Positions 45,205 to 54,404 of a stretch of 64,000 nucleotides of DNA are shown here, piece after piece. The DNA is taken from positions 2,464,001 to 2,528,000 of the forward strand of contig OZ244922.1 in assembly GCA_965221905.1 (NCBI GenBank), given 5' to 3'. Position 1 is the stretch's first letter. Each line of letters begins with the position of its first letter. The notes under the pieces are model-generated. The model was not told where the DNA came from and searched no databases. It saw nothing but the letters and a program-made list of their open reading frames with translations. A program made the translations under genes and the position numbers. This DNA is from Chloroflexota bacterium (GTDB lineage: Bacteria > Chloroflexota > UBA11872 > VXOZ01).

Positions 45205-45393
45205 GCCCTCTCTCCTTTTGCGGCGCCACCGCATAGCATCAGGCAAGACCACCATCTTGTACGCATCATATACGCTATCTGTTGTACATGTTTAGGGAGC
45301 GCTCTATAGCGGTGCGTTCACGAATAAACCTGCGTAGGCAGGTCACCGGGTCTCTCCGCAGCCTGCTTACGCTTAGCCTTCACTCATCTCGGG

Positions 45394-46791
45394 TTAGATC
45401 GGCGCCGCTACCCTTCCCGCCAAGCGGACGTCTGCCTGCAGGAACAGCGTACCGTCTTGCCGCTGTTGCGCAGAGAGTTGCCCCCGGGGATCGCAGACAA
45501 CCACTAAGCTTTCCTTGCCTTCCGGAATTCGGAAGCGCACGTCACAGACTGTCTGCTCGAGTCCAGTAATTATAGGCACGAGAGCGTGACCAATCTGCAC
45601 CCCGCCACCCTCATCGAGCGGTCCATCGAAGACCATTACCGCAACGTCGCGCGCATCTAACACACCCCGGTTCGCCAGCGTCACCTGCACGCGCCCAATG
45701 TCCCGGTTAAGTTCGGACACCTCGACCGCAGCAATTTCCAGGTCGCACTCTACCCGGTCAACAGCTACCGCTGCGTGCGCATCAATCAGGCCGTGACCGA
45801 GAAACGGATTCCATCCAGCGCCGCCGAACTGACGTGCTGTATTGCGCATCACCATCCGCACTTGCTCAGCCGTCAAACCGGGATGCCGCGACCAGATGAG
45901 CGCCGCGAGGCCGGATACGTGGGGGATCGCCATGCACCCGCCCGACCACTCCACGTAGCCGCCATGCGCGGTGGAAATCGTACTCAACACGCCGTACTCC
46001 TCTTGGGGGTGCACACCCAGCGCTGCCTTCATGACATATTCCTCTGCCAGCGGCAAGATGCGCCGGGAGGGATCATTGGCAAGGTCGTACCCGCGCCAGC
46101 CCGATGGTGCGGCGACCTCGGTCAGGTCGCCATAGTCGCTAAAGTCGGCCATACGCCCGCTCTTTTCGGCGGAGGCCACGTTGACCACGCCCGGACACAG
46201 CGCGGGATACTTAGCAACATTCTGCGCTTGATTGCCGCCGGTAGCGTTCACGATCAACACGTCATGCTGCTGCGCGTAGAGGCACGCCTCGAGCAGCGCC
46301 TCAGAGTCGGGCGGCGTCCAGGCACTATAGATCGTGGGCAGGCCGTGCTTGATGTTGTACATGTAGCCCACGTTGCTCAGGTTAATCACCCGCGCGCCGT
46401 TTTCCACGGCAAACCGGATGCCCCGCGCAATCTCAGCATCGTCATATGCATTCACCCGAACAGGGAGAATGCGACATTCCGGAGCAACGCCGGCAATGCC
46501 AATGCTGTTGTCCGCGCGTGCGGCAATTATGCCGGAGACGTGGGTGCCGTGGTCGGTGCAATCCTTGTGCTTGCGCGGCTGCGACGTGTCGTGAACGGTG
46601 TCGTCATCATCCCACAAGTCCCGGCCCGGTAGGAACTGCCCCTCAAGGTCCGGGTGCCCAACGTCAAAGCCCTTCTCGATAACGGCAACCACCACGTCGG
46701 GGCTGCCCCGTGTAACTTCCCACGCATCGGGAGCGTTTATGAGGTGCAGCCCCCATTGCTTTTCAAACAAGGGGTCATTCACTGGCATCAT
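45394..46791 (-). CDS. Subtilisin (S8)-fold protein with a Glu-His-Cys triad and a C-terminal CARDB-like domain
   Basis: NDPLF..QWGL, VVVAVIEKG (normally DxG), DHGTHVSGIIAA, GIAGVAP, GARVINLS, SGGCMAIPHVSG (normally GTSMA.PHV), GHGLIDA. Start set downstream of the predicted promoter. Confidence 0.88.
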   Translation of the reverse strand: MMPVNDPLFEKQWGLHLINAPDAWEVTRGSPDVVVAVIEKGFDVGHPDLEGQFLPGRDLWDDDDTVHDTSQPRKHKDCTDHGTHVSGIIAARADNSIGIAGVAPECRILPVRVNAYDDAEIARGIRFAVENGARVINLSNVGYMYNIKHGLPTIYSAWTPPDSEALLEACLYAQQHDVLIVNATGGNQAQNVAKYPALCPGVVNVASAEKSGRMADFSDYGDLTEVAAPSGWRGYDLANDPSRRILPLAEEYVMKAALGVHPQEEYGVLSTISTAHGGYVEWSGGCMAIPHVSGLAALIWSRHPGLTAEQVRMVMRNTARQFGGAGWNPFLGHGLIDAHAAVAVDRVECDLEIAAVEVSELNRDIGRVQVTLANRGVLDARDVAVMVFDGPLDEGGGVQIGHALVPIITGLEQTVCDVRFRIPEGKESLVVVCDPRGQLSAQQRQDGTLFLQADVRLAGRVAAPI

Positions 46792-46871
46792 GCTGGTATT
46801 CCTTTGTGCGTTACGCGCAGGACACTTCTGACCATGACAATTGTGACCCATACGAGCCCAAGTGTGCATTC

Positions 46872-46957
46872 ACTATGAATTGCTTTAGGTAGTATGTCAA
46901 TCGGTGCGCTCAAGTCTCGAGCTCTCCACTTGACGCCAACAGCCCGAATAGTACACT
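46872..46957. promoter_or_regulatory. Divergent sigma70 promoters for the S8 gene and SBP paralog 2
   Basis: Minus strand TTGACA(46900-46895)-17-CATAGT; plus strand TTGACG(46930-46935)-16-TACACT. Confidence 0.55.
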
Positions 46958-47125
46958 ATCGGTATGAGAAACAGAGTTCTGCAGAATGCCAATTCCGTAC
47001 GATACGAAAGGAGAGGCAACACAAACGACCCAGGCAGATCTGCACTCAACTCGGCACATCATTAGTGCTTTATGCGCTGAGGTGTTCTGAAAAACTGCAA
47101 ACAGAATGACATGAGAGGGTAAACA

Positions 47126-48568
47126 ATGCCATTTGCTCGAAGTCGCATGACGCGACGACATATGCTGGCGGGCACCGGCGGCGTGCTCGGCGCAATTGCG
47201 CTGGCGGCCTGCGGTCAAGCCATGCCGGCCGAGTCCGGCGAAATGCCGGAGAAGGCGGAAGAGACAACTAAAGCCGAAGAACCGGCGCCAGCGGAGAAGG
47301 TTACTGTATCGGTTAGGTGGATCTCCAACGACCTTACCTTGGTTGAGCCATTCTACGAGAATCTCGTTGTGGCGCGATTCTACGAGAACTACGACAACAT
47401 CGAGCTTGATTGGGTAGGCGACACTTACCGCGACACCATGAGCCAGCTCAATACACAGCTCGCCGCCGGTGACGCTCCCGATGTTTTCCACAACGATGGC
47501 GTCTTCTTCGCTCGCAACCGTGACGCGGGGTTCGCTCGGTCACTCACCGAATACACTAAGCGTGATGCCGGGCAGCTTGAGGGAATCCGTGGTCCGGAGT
47601 TTTTCAGCGACGAGAAGCAAGACGTCTACGGCGTCTGCATGGGCGTCGGTTGCTCGGCGTTTGCCTACAACACCGACATCTTTGACCGCATGGGCATCAA
47701 CCGTCTGCCCGCCGAGGGCATCGACTGGAATCCGGGCGACGGCGGCACGTTGCTGGAAATAGCGTCTGACATTACCGCAAAGGGTGAGACCGAAGATCCC
47801 AAAATCTGGGGATTCTTCAATAACAAGCAGATCACCTTTGACGTGCTGGGCATGTTGCTCCAGAACGGCACGAACTTCCTGACCGACGACTACCGCCGGT
47901 CACGCATACACGAGCCGGAATTCGTCGCGGTGATTCAGTTCCTGTGGGACTTGGAGTTCAAGTATCGGGTCTCGCCAAATCCCGATGATATTGCAGAATT
48001 CAATGCTAGCATTCCCGAAGGGTCCGGTTACCATGGACCTTTTGCCTGGCAACGGGCAGCCATGATGAATCTCGGCCTCGGCCAGTCCGGTTCCTGGGGT
48101 TCGCCGGAACCGGAAAAACTACCCATCGAAGCGGTGCAGTTCATCAACGGCCCGGCAAATAGCAAAGTGCCTGGCGGCGGACGTGTGGTAGAGATGTGGG
48201 GCAGCACCGAAGTGCCCGACGAAGCCTGGGAAGTGATGAAGTTCCCGCTGGTCGACCATGAGGTTCAGGTAGGGGTCTTCACAATCCTACGTGACGGCCT
48301 GCCGGCCAATACTAATACCTGGGATGACCCACGTCTGCTTGAGAAGAGCGGTCGACCGCCACGTGAGGTTGAAGCGTATATGGCGCCGCTTAGGGAAGGC
48401 CTCGGCCAGTACTGGCAGGTCAATGGCGTATGGCTGCAATGGATCCGCGCATTCCGCGGCCAGCAGTCCCGTGCGTGGGCGCAGGAAGTCACCGTCGAGG
48501 AAGCCATGCGTGAGGCGAGTAACCTAGCGCAAGCTCACCTGGACGAGTACTACGCCGACCAGAGCTAA
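47126..48568 (+). CDS. Tat lipoprotein, ABC solute-binding protein (paralog 2)
   Basis: TRRHMLAG plus LAAC; shares WGFFNNKQIT, DDYRRSRIHEPEF and YWQVNGVW with 43375-44808. Confidence 0.85.
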   Translation: MPFARSRMTRRHMLAGTGGVLGAIALAACGQAMPAESGEMPEKAEETTKAEEPAPAEKVTVSVRWISNDLTLVEPFYENLVVARFYENYDNIELDWVGDTYRDTMSQLNTQLAAGDAPDVFHNDGVFFARNRDAGFARSLTEYTKRDAGQLEGIRGPEFFSDEKQDVYGVCMGVGCSAFAYNTDIFDRMGINRLPAEGIDWNPGDGGTLLEIASDITAKGETEDPKIWGFFNNKQITFDVLGMLLQNGTNFLTDDYRRSRIHEPEFVAVIQFLWDLEFKYRVSPNPDDIAEFNASIPEGSGYHGPFAWQRAAMMNLGLGQSGSWGSPEPEKLPIEAVQFINGPANSKVPGGGRVVEMWGSTEVPDEAWEVMKFPLVDHEVQVGVFTILRDGLPANTNTWDDPRLLEKSGRPPREVEAYMAPLREGLGQYWQVNGVWLQWIRAFRGQQSRAWAQEVTVEEAMREASNLAQAHLDEYYADQS

Positions 48569-48591
48569 GCTCCTAGCTAGTTTGCGGTTTG

Positions 48592-48623
48592 GACGAGGAG
48601 GGCATCGCATAGCCCTCCTCGTC
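48592..48623 (+). terminator. Hairpin terminator
   Basis: GACGAGGAGGGC-N8-GCCCTCCTCGTC followed by TT. Confidence 0.65.
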
Positions 48624-48887
48624 TTGCGTTCAGCGCCGGTCGCGACCTCGGTCTTCCGCTCCCTTGCGTGAGGGGGGATAGCGTGACAGAATTGCCTAAA
48701 TTGCCTATCTAGAGAGGCCTGTTGCACATTAGAAACGTATGGCAGCATACAGACGCTTGTGGAAATCTGCGCTATCCTAGAGGCAGAGATAGTAAGGCGT
48801 ACTGAACGGTGCAAGAACTGAAGGCAAATGGCCTGTCGAGTTTCAAGCCCTTTGAGTTTTCAAGTCATTTGTATGTTGCTTCAAAAT

Positions 48888-48913
48888 GTCATTCCGAGCG
48901 CAGCGAGGAATCT
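48888..48913. repeat. REP-like element, GTCATTCCGAGCG family
   Basis: GTCATTCCGAGCGCAGCGAGGAATCT. Confidence 0.8.
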
Positions 48914-49077
48914 AAGAATGCACCTTCTGAACTCTAATGTCGCTTTGCTCCTCGGAACGCCAGGTCGGGCGGCATTGTTTTCATGACACGAACTGCGGTT
49001 CAGCCACCAAAGTAGTCCAAAGTTGATACTCTGGCCGCTTTTCAGTCCACTCGCTTCACTAGGAGGTTGCTAGCAGA

Positions 49078-49791
49078 ATGACGCCACTGTTCACTGCCCT
49101 TGTTGCTTTCGGCGCCGGCATTGCCTCTTTCCTCTCGCCGTGCGTGCTGCCGCTTGTACCCGCCTACATAGGGCACTTGGCAGGCACGAGCGTATCTGAA
49201 AAGCAAGATGCTCAGGCGACAATGCGCACCGTCGCCCACGCGGCCTTCTTCGTGCTCGGCTTCTCTACCATCTTCGTCTTGCTTTGGACTTTGATCGGCT
49301 TGGTGGGCTGGGCAATTCAGGGGTACACCTATTACTTGCGGTACGTCGGCGGGGTGATTCTGGTTGTCTTTGGACTGCACGTTGCCGGGGTGTTTCGCTT
49401 GCGCTGGCTCAATCAGGAGCGCCGCGTCTACGTAAATCGCAGCCGCCCGCGCAGTTTACTCACCTCCTGGCTCGTCGGCCTCACCTTTGCCGCAGGGTGG
49501 ACACCCTGCATTGGCCCCATCCTCGCCGGCATCATTGCCCTGGCGACAACCAGAGACACCGTCGGCCAGGGCTCGCTGCTGCTGGCGCTCTACTCCGCCG
49601 GACTTGGCATACCCTTCTTGCTCACCGCAATCGGACTCTCGCGCGCTGTACCGGTACTGCGCTGGATGAATCGCCACGGTCACACCGTAGAGTTAGTCAG
49701 CGGCAGCTTTCTGATTGTCGTCGGTGTCATGCTATTTACGAATACGTTCGCGCAACTCGCACGCTATTTCACTTGGGTACCGATTTTCTAA
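49078..49791 (+). CDS. ccdA: Cytochrome c biogenesis protein CcdA
   Basis: SFLSPCVLPLVPAY, GWTPCIGPIL, YSAGLGIPF. Confidence 0.93.
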   Translation: MTPLFTALVAFGAGIASFLSPCVLPLVPAYIGHLAGTSVSEKQDAQATMRTVAHAAFFVLGFSTIFVLLWTLIGLVGWAIQGYTYYLRYVGGVILVVFGLHVAGVFRLRWLNQERRVYVNRSRPRSLLTSWLVGLTFAAGWTPCIGPILAGIIALATTRDTVGQGSLLLALYSAGLGIPFLLTAIGLSRAVPVLRWMNRHGHTVELVSGSFLIVVGVMLFTNTFAQLARYFTWVPIF

Positions 49792-49820
49792 TGAAAATTG
49801 GACAGTGACCGCTCAGTCCG

Positions 49821-49843
49821 GTAGCGCAGGTTTGAAACCTGCG
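49821..49843. repeat. GTAG-type REP palindrome
   Basis: GTAGCGCAGGTTTGAAACCTGCG. Confidence 0.75.
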
Positions 49844-49894
49844 TTCTCAGATTCAGTCCAGTCGCAGAAGATGCCTTTCCCTCCAAAACAAGAA

Positions 49895-49919
49895 AACGCG
49901 GGGCTCGACACCCCGCGTT
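49895..49919. terminator. Bidirectional terminator between ccdA and the molybdoenzyme gene
   Basis: AACGCGGGG-N7-CCCCGCGTT flanked by A-rich and T-rich tracts. Confidence 0.65.
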
Positions 49920-49954
49920 CTTTCACGCATCCTATTGCTTCTCACGCGCCTGCT

Positions 49955-52738
49955 CTAAGGTATCCGATATACCTCCGCGGCCGGTTTCACCGGACGTGGG
50001 ATCCACAGCGGTCGGCGCAGCGCATTCGTACCCTCTGCCGGCCGCGTCTTCTTAATCCACTCGAGATAGACTTGGTGGGACTTATTCGTATCCACAAACA
50101 CATCGCCGTACTGGTCGTCGGCGCCTGCCGTTTCCACGCACACCTTTTGGTGCCAGCAGTGCATGCCGCTCACCGGATCCGGGTGGACTGGAAACGTAAG
50201 GTTCTGATGCACACCGGCATCCTTCCACCAGACGCGTTCAGAATCCGGATCGGTGCTCTTGAACGGCTCCACGCCCTGAAGTTGGCGCATAAACCACTGT
50301 CCGTCGCCGATGTTCTTCAGGTCCACAAGAGCCGTCGACCAGCGCTCGCCGCCGCTCTCCTTTGAGAGTCGCCAGCGTCCGAGATGATGCGAGCACGCCA
50401 CTATTCCGGGGCGGATACCTTCAGTGACCCACACTCGGATAACGAAGTACCCCACTTCAGTATTCACCTTTGCGAGGTCCCCGGTCTCAAAGCCAAGCCG
50501 CTCGGCGTCCTGCGGGTGCACCCATAGCGGGTTAGTATGCGAAATCTCATACAACCACTTGGCGTTGCCGGCCCGCGTGTGAATGAGCGTGGGCAGGCGG
50601 AACGTCGGCAGCAGGACGTATTCACCCTTGCCGTGGTCGATGTTCCCCCGATTTACGTGACTCTTGATGTAGGTCGGCACGGCGAATTCCGCCCACTTGA
50701 ACTCCCGCATCGTATCGGAGAAGAATTCAAGCTTCTTGGAAGGGGTGGCAAAGCCTTCAACTGCCTTGCCGTCGACTTCCACGCCGATTACTTCACCGTT
50801 CTTACGCACGTGATGTGTTACCGGGTCAACCTCAGCACCGTTAAGCTGCTCAGCGGATAAAGGATTCTCGTGCAACGCGTAGGTATCGCGCTTTACTTCG
50901 AACGCGCCGTACTTGCGCATAAACGCCAGCGGCGTGAGGTCTTCTTTCGACGCAGCTTCGGGCAGGCCGGGCACGCTATTCTCGAAAATCCACTGGTAGT
51001 ATTCGCTAATGGTAAGTTTCTCGCCGGGGCGGTAGGGCGATTCGAAGAATTCGCGCACACCCAAGCTGCCGTCCGGATCAATGCGCCAGGAAAGCTCGAT
51101 CCAAAACTCGTCCTCTTCCCATACCTCGCCAGGGTTTGCCTCGTACGTAAACTCTACGGCATCGCCGAGTTTCTCACGCGCAACCCGCAGCACCGGTTGG
51201 CGGAACGCGATCCAGGCGCCAGCCTGGGTCTCTTGGCTCATGAGATCGTGGCGCTCGGCGGCGTTGCCCATTGGCAACACGTAGTCCGCGAACCACGCCG
51301 TCTCGCTCCAAACCGGCGTGAGCGCGGCGTGCATCCCTATCTTCTCTTCGTCGCTGAGCATCTCAATCCACGAGGCCCCATCCGGATTCGTCCAGACCGG
51401 GTTGTAGACCCTCGTGAAATACGTATCCACCTTACCGCGTCCCTCTTTGAGAAAGTGCGGCAGCAGAATACTCATTTCGTGGTGTGCCAGCGGGTATTCC
51501 TTCGGCCACAGGAGTTCGCTCCACACCTTTTGCGGCGGCGGCTTGATATACGGTGCGGGCGCAAACTTATTCCAACTGTTAGGGGACGTGCCGCCGCGCG
51601 TGCCGATGCTTCCGGTCAGCACGCCGAGAAATGTTAGGCAGCGGGAGACCTGCCAGCCACCTTCGTTGCCGGAGGCCGCGCTGCGCCAGACATGGCTGGC
51701 AAAGGCTGTGCCCGCTGCGGCGATCTCGCGCGCCACCGCGACCATCTGGCTGGCGTCTACGCCACTCTCCTGCTCGGCAAATTCCGCTGTGTACGGGGCA
51801 TAGAATTCTTTGATGGCAGCGATAAAGTTTTCGAACGTTGCATCTACGTCAGGATGCTCAGTGCGCATGTACTCGTGCCAATTCAGCCACTTCTCCATGA
51901 AGTCGCTGTTGTAAAGGTCTTCCTTCAAGATGACGTTCGCCATGGCAAGCAGCATTGCTGCCTCAGAACCCGGCCACGACGAGAGCCAGTAGTCTGCCCG
52001 CGAGGCCGTGTTGGAGAGCCGCGTATCGATAACGCAAATCTTGGCGCCGGAGAGTTTGCCCTCGATGATGCGCTGAGCATGGGGGTTGAAATAGTGGCCG
52101 GTTTCCAGGTGGGCGCTGATCAGCAGCATGAACCGCGAGTTTGCATGGTCGGGCGAGGGTCGGTCGGCGCCTTGCCAAAGCGTGTATCCGAGGCGTGCGC
52201 CGGAGGAGCAAACGTTGGTATGGCTGTTGTGCCCATCCACACCCCATGCCTGGAGCACACGGTCCATATAGCCGTCGTGACCGGGGCGACCGACATGATA
52301 CATCACCTCAGTGCGCCGGTCCTCCTGCAACGCGCGTCGTATGCGCGCAGCCAGCGTATCAAGCACTTCGTCCCAGCTAGTGCGTTCCCACTCACCCGAG
52401 CCGCGAGCTCCGGTGCGTTTCATGGGGTAGAGAATGCGCTCCGGATCGTGCACTTGGTTGATGGTCGCCGGGCCCTTGGCACAATTCCGGCCGCGGCTTC
52501 CGGGATGTGCCGGATTGCCCTCGAACTTGCGGATGCGCATGTCTTCTTTATCGACATATGCCAGCAGTCCGCAAGCAGCCTCGCAGTTGAAGCACACCGT
52601 CGGGACCAACATGTAGTTCTTGGTGACCTTCTTGGGCCAGACGTCGGGATCGTACTCTGTCCAGTCATCCCATTGCTCAACCGGTGGGTAGTTTTTAAGT
52701 TGGCCTGACTCCGGAAACTGCGGATCGAAAACTGACAT
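49955..52738 (-). CDS. Molybdopterin (bis-PGD) oxidoreductase catalytic subunit, DMSO-reductase family
   Basis: CFNCEAACG...NCAKG 4Fe-4S motif, RILYPMKR..RGSGEW, SETAWFADYVLP, WVHPQDA..LG..GD; no Tat signal. Confidence 0.9.
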   Translation of the reverse strand: MSVFDPQFPESGQLKNYPPVEQWDDWTEYDPDVWPKKVTKNYMLVPTVCFNCEAACGLLAYVDKEDMRIRKFEGNPAHPGSRGRNCAKGPATINQVHDPERILYPMKRTGARGSGEWERTSWDEVLDTLAARIRRALQEDRRTEVMYHVGRPGHDGYMDRVLQAWGVDGHNSHTNVCSSGARLGYTLWQGADRPSPDHANSRFMLLISAHLETGHYFNPHAQRIIEGKLSGAKICVIDTRLSNTASRADYWLSSWPGSEAAMLLAMANVILKEDLYNSDFMEKWLNWHEYMRTEHPDVDATFENFIAAIKEFYAPYTAEFAEQESGVDASQMVAVAREIAAAGTAFASHVWRSAASGNEGGWQVSRCLTFLGVLTGSIGTRGGTSPNSWNKFAPAPYIKPPPQKVWSELLWPKEYPLAHHEMSILLPHFLKEGRGKVDTYFTRVYNPVWTNPDGASWIEMLSDEEKIGMHAALTPVWSETAWFADYVLPMGNAAERHDLMSQETQAGAWIAFRQPVLRVAREKLGDAVEFTYEANPGEVWEEDEFWIELSWRIDPDGSLGVREFFESPYRPGEKLTISEYYQWIFENSVPGLPEAASKEDLTPLAFMRKYGAFEVKRDTYALHENPLSAEQLNGAEVDPVTHHVRKNGEVIGVEVDGKAVEGFATPSKKLEFFSDTMREFKWAEFAVPTYIKSHVNRGNIDHGKGEYVLLPTFRLPTLIHTRAGNAKWLYEISHTNPLWVHPQDAERLGFETGDLAKVNTEVGYFVIRVWVTEGIRPGIVACSHHLGRWRLSKESGGERWSTALVDLKNIGDGQWFMRQLQGVEPFKSTDPDSERVWWKDAGVHQNLTFPVHPDPVSGMHCWHQKVCVETAGADDQYGDVFVDTNKSHQVYLEWIKKTRPAEGTNALRRPLWIPRPVKPAAEVYRIP

Positions 52739-52757
52739 TGCGCAGTGGCTCCTCTCG

Positions 52758-54308
52758 CTAGCTCAGCGGCAGCGCTTGACCGGCCTTTACCCAAACATCT
52801 TCGAAAGCCAGCAGTCCCGCGAGCGCGCAAACACCGGCCGCAGCGGCCACGAGCTCATACCCGCCAATTGCATTCGCTAAGAGCAGTGCCACCGGCACTA
52901 TGTGCCCTACAAGAACTACACCGACCCAGAAGCGCTGCGAGTATTGACCGCGCAGGATCATTTGAGCGGCCTTGGATGCATCTCTCGTACCATGCGGCAG
53001 CCACAGCTCACCCACCAGGATGACGAAAAGATTGGCGACTAAACTCCAAAGAAGCACAGTATGTAGGAAACCTTCTGTCTGCTCCGTTGTTTCAACCACG
53101 AGCCCCAAAATCGCAAGGGACGCTGCACCCGCCATCGCGGCCTGCACCAGCAGGTGCACGGGCAATGCGGGGCTCAACCAGAGGTCGCGCGCTTTCGATT
53201 GGGCAAAGATAAAGCCCGTATAGATCGCGGCCAGAATAGCCAATACGCCGCCAGGCCACCAAAGCACCTGCATCAGACCGCCAGCACCGGCGAAAGCAGC
53301 AAGAATGCTAAGACCTACGATCACGCCGAAGAACAACAGAATAAACGTACCGATGGCAACCCATGAACGCAATTGTGGGCGAATGAGAATGGTATAGAAG
53401 CGGTCGGGACGCTGGAGGTCCCAAACCAATAAGCCGGCCGTAATCGCCAAGAAGATCAGAGCAATAATGGGGCCTCCCCACGCCAGGAGCGGGTTATCGG
53501 TTACCAGGCCCAACGCAAGACCCGCCGCGGGCAACAGGAATGCGCCAGCAGCAATAGACTTCGTCCAAATGTACGCGCTGACCTTCCAGCCCCAAGGCGA
53601 CGGATGCTCCACGTCGTACACCGTTGTCGCGGACTTGGCTACCAAGTCCTGCAATAGGTTGGTCTCTTCGATGGGGATGGCAGCGCCATTGCCATTAGCA
53701 TTCGGCATTTCATTCCAGATGCCGTAATCCTTGATCGGGGTCGAAGCCGACGGAGTTAGGGTGCTCTGGTCGGCATCGATATAGAAGAGTTTCGGTACCG
53801 TGCCTTTTTCCGGTTTACGCACTTGCACCGGCTCACGGGAAATAAGCTTTGTAATGTAGCTCGTGGGATCGTCCAAGTCTCCCGATACGATCGCCTGGGT
53901 CGGACAAACGACCTGGCACGATGGTTCCAATCCAACTTCCACGCGATGGGCGCAGAAGTTGCACTTTGCGGCAGTATGCGTATTGGGATCGATGTGCAGC
54001 GCATCATACGGACATGCCTGCAGGCACGCCTTACAGCCTATGCACTTCTCAGGGTCAAAATCCACGATGCCGTCGTCGCGCCGCCACAATGCCGTCACCG
54101 GACAAGACGGGATACAGGGAGCATCATCGCAGTGATTGCAGCGGAGTACTGTGAAGTGGCGGCGGTTATCGGGAAACTGGCCTGTCTCGACGTACTTCAC
54201 CCAGGTGCGGTAAACGCCCAACGGCACGTCATGCTCGGACTTGCACGCCACCGTGCACGCATGGCAACCGATGCACTTGCGATTATCAATGAGAAAGCCA
54301 AATCTCAT
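52758..54308 (-). CDS. 4Fe-4S dicluster subunit fused to an NrfD/PsrC membrane anchor
   Basis: CIGCHACTVACK, CNHCDDAPC, CIGCKACLQACPY, KCNFCAHR; then WGWKVSAY, DLQRPDRF, SWVAIG. Confidence 0.9.
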   Translation of the reverse strand: MRFGFLIDNRKCIGCHACTVACKSEHDVPLGVYRTWVKYVETGQFPDNRRHFTVLRCNHCDDAPCIPSCPVTALWRRDDGIVDFDPEKCIGCKACLQACPYDALHIDPNTHTAAKCNFCAHRVEVGLEPSCQVVCPTQAIVSGDLDDPTSYITKLISREPVQVRKPEKGTVPKLFYIDADQSTLTPSASTPIKDYGIWNEMPNANGNGAAIPIEETNLLQDLVAKSATTVYDVEHPSPWGWKVSAYIWTKSIAAGAFLLPAAGLALGLVTDNPLLAWGGPIIALIFLAITAGLLVWDLQRPDRFYTILIRPQLRSWVAIGTFILLFFGVIVGLSILAAFAGAGGLMQVLWWPGGVLAILAAIYTGFIFAQSKARDLWLSPALPVHLLVQAAMAGAASLAILGLVVETTEQTEGFLHTVLLWSLVANLFVILVGELWLPHGTRDASKAAQMILRGQYSQRFWVGVVLVGHIVPVALLLANAIGGYELVAAAAGVCALAGLLAFEDVWVKAGQALPLS

Positions 54309-54404
54309 AGCGGTTCCTGTGCTTGTAAGGGTGTTCTTCTGGTGCCCAATTATACAATAGTGTTCGCCGTGCTTCCACTTTTGACTGCCCGCTCGGAACG
54401 GCCA

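Noticed and set aside
46792-46869. Extended N-terminus of the S8 ORF
   Set aside because: The ATG at 46869 abuts the predicted -10 box, and an AAAGGA RBS precedes the ATGs at 46791 and 46788.
46958-47125. Long leader before SBP paralog 2 (also 43124-43374 and 31556-31847) as a possible riboswitch
   Set aside because: I recognised no aptamer consensus and no sequence shared between the two SBP leaders. An Rfam scan would be needed.
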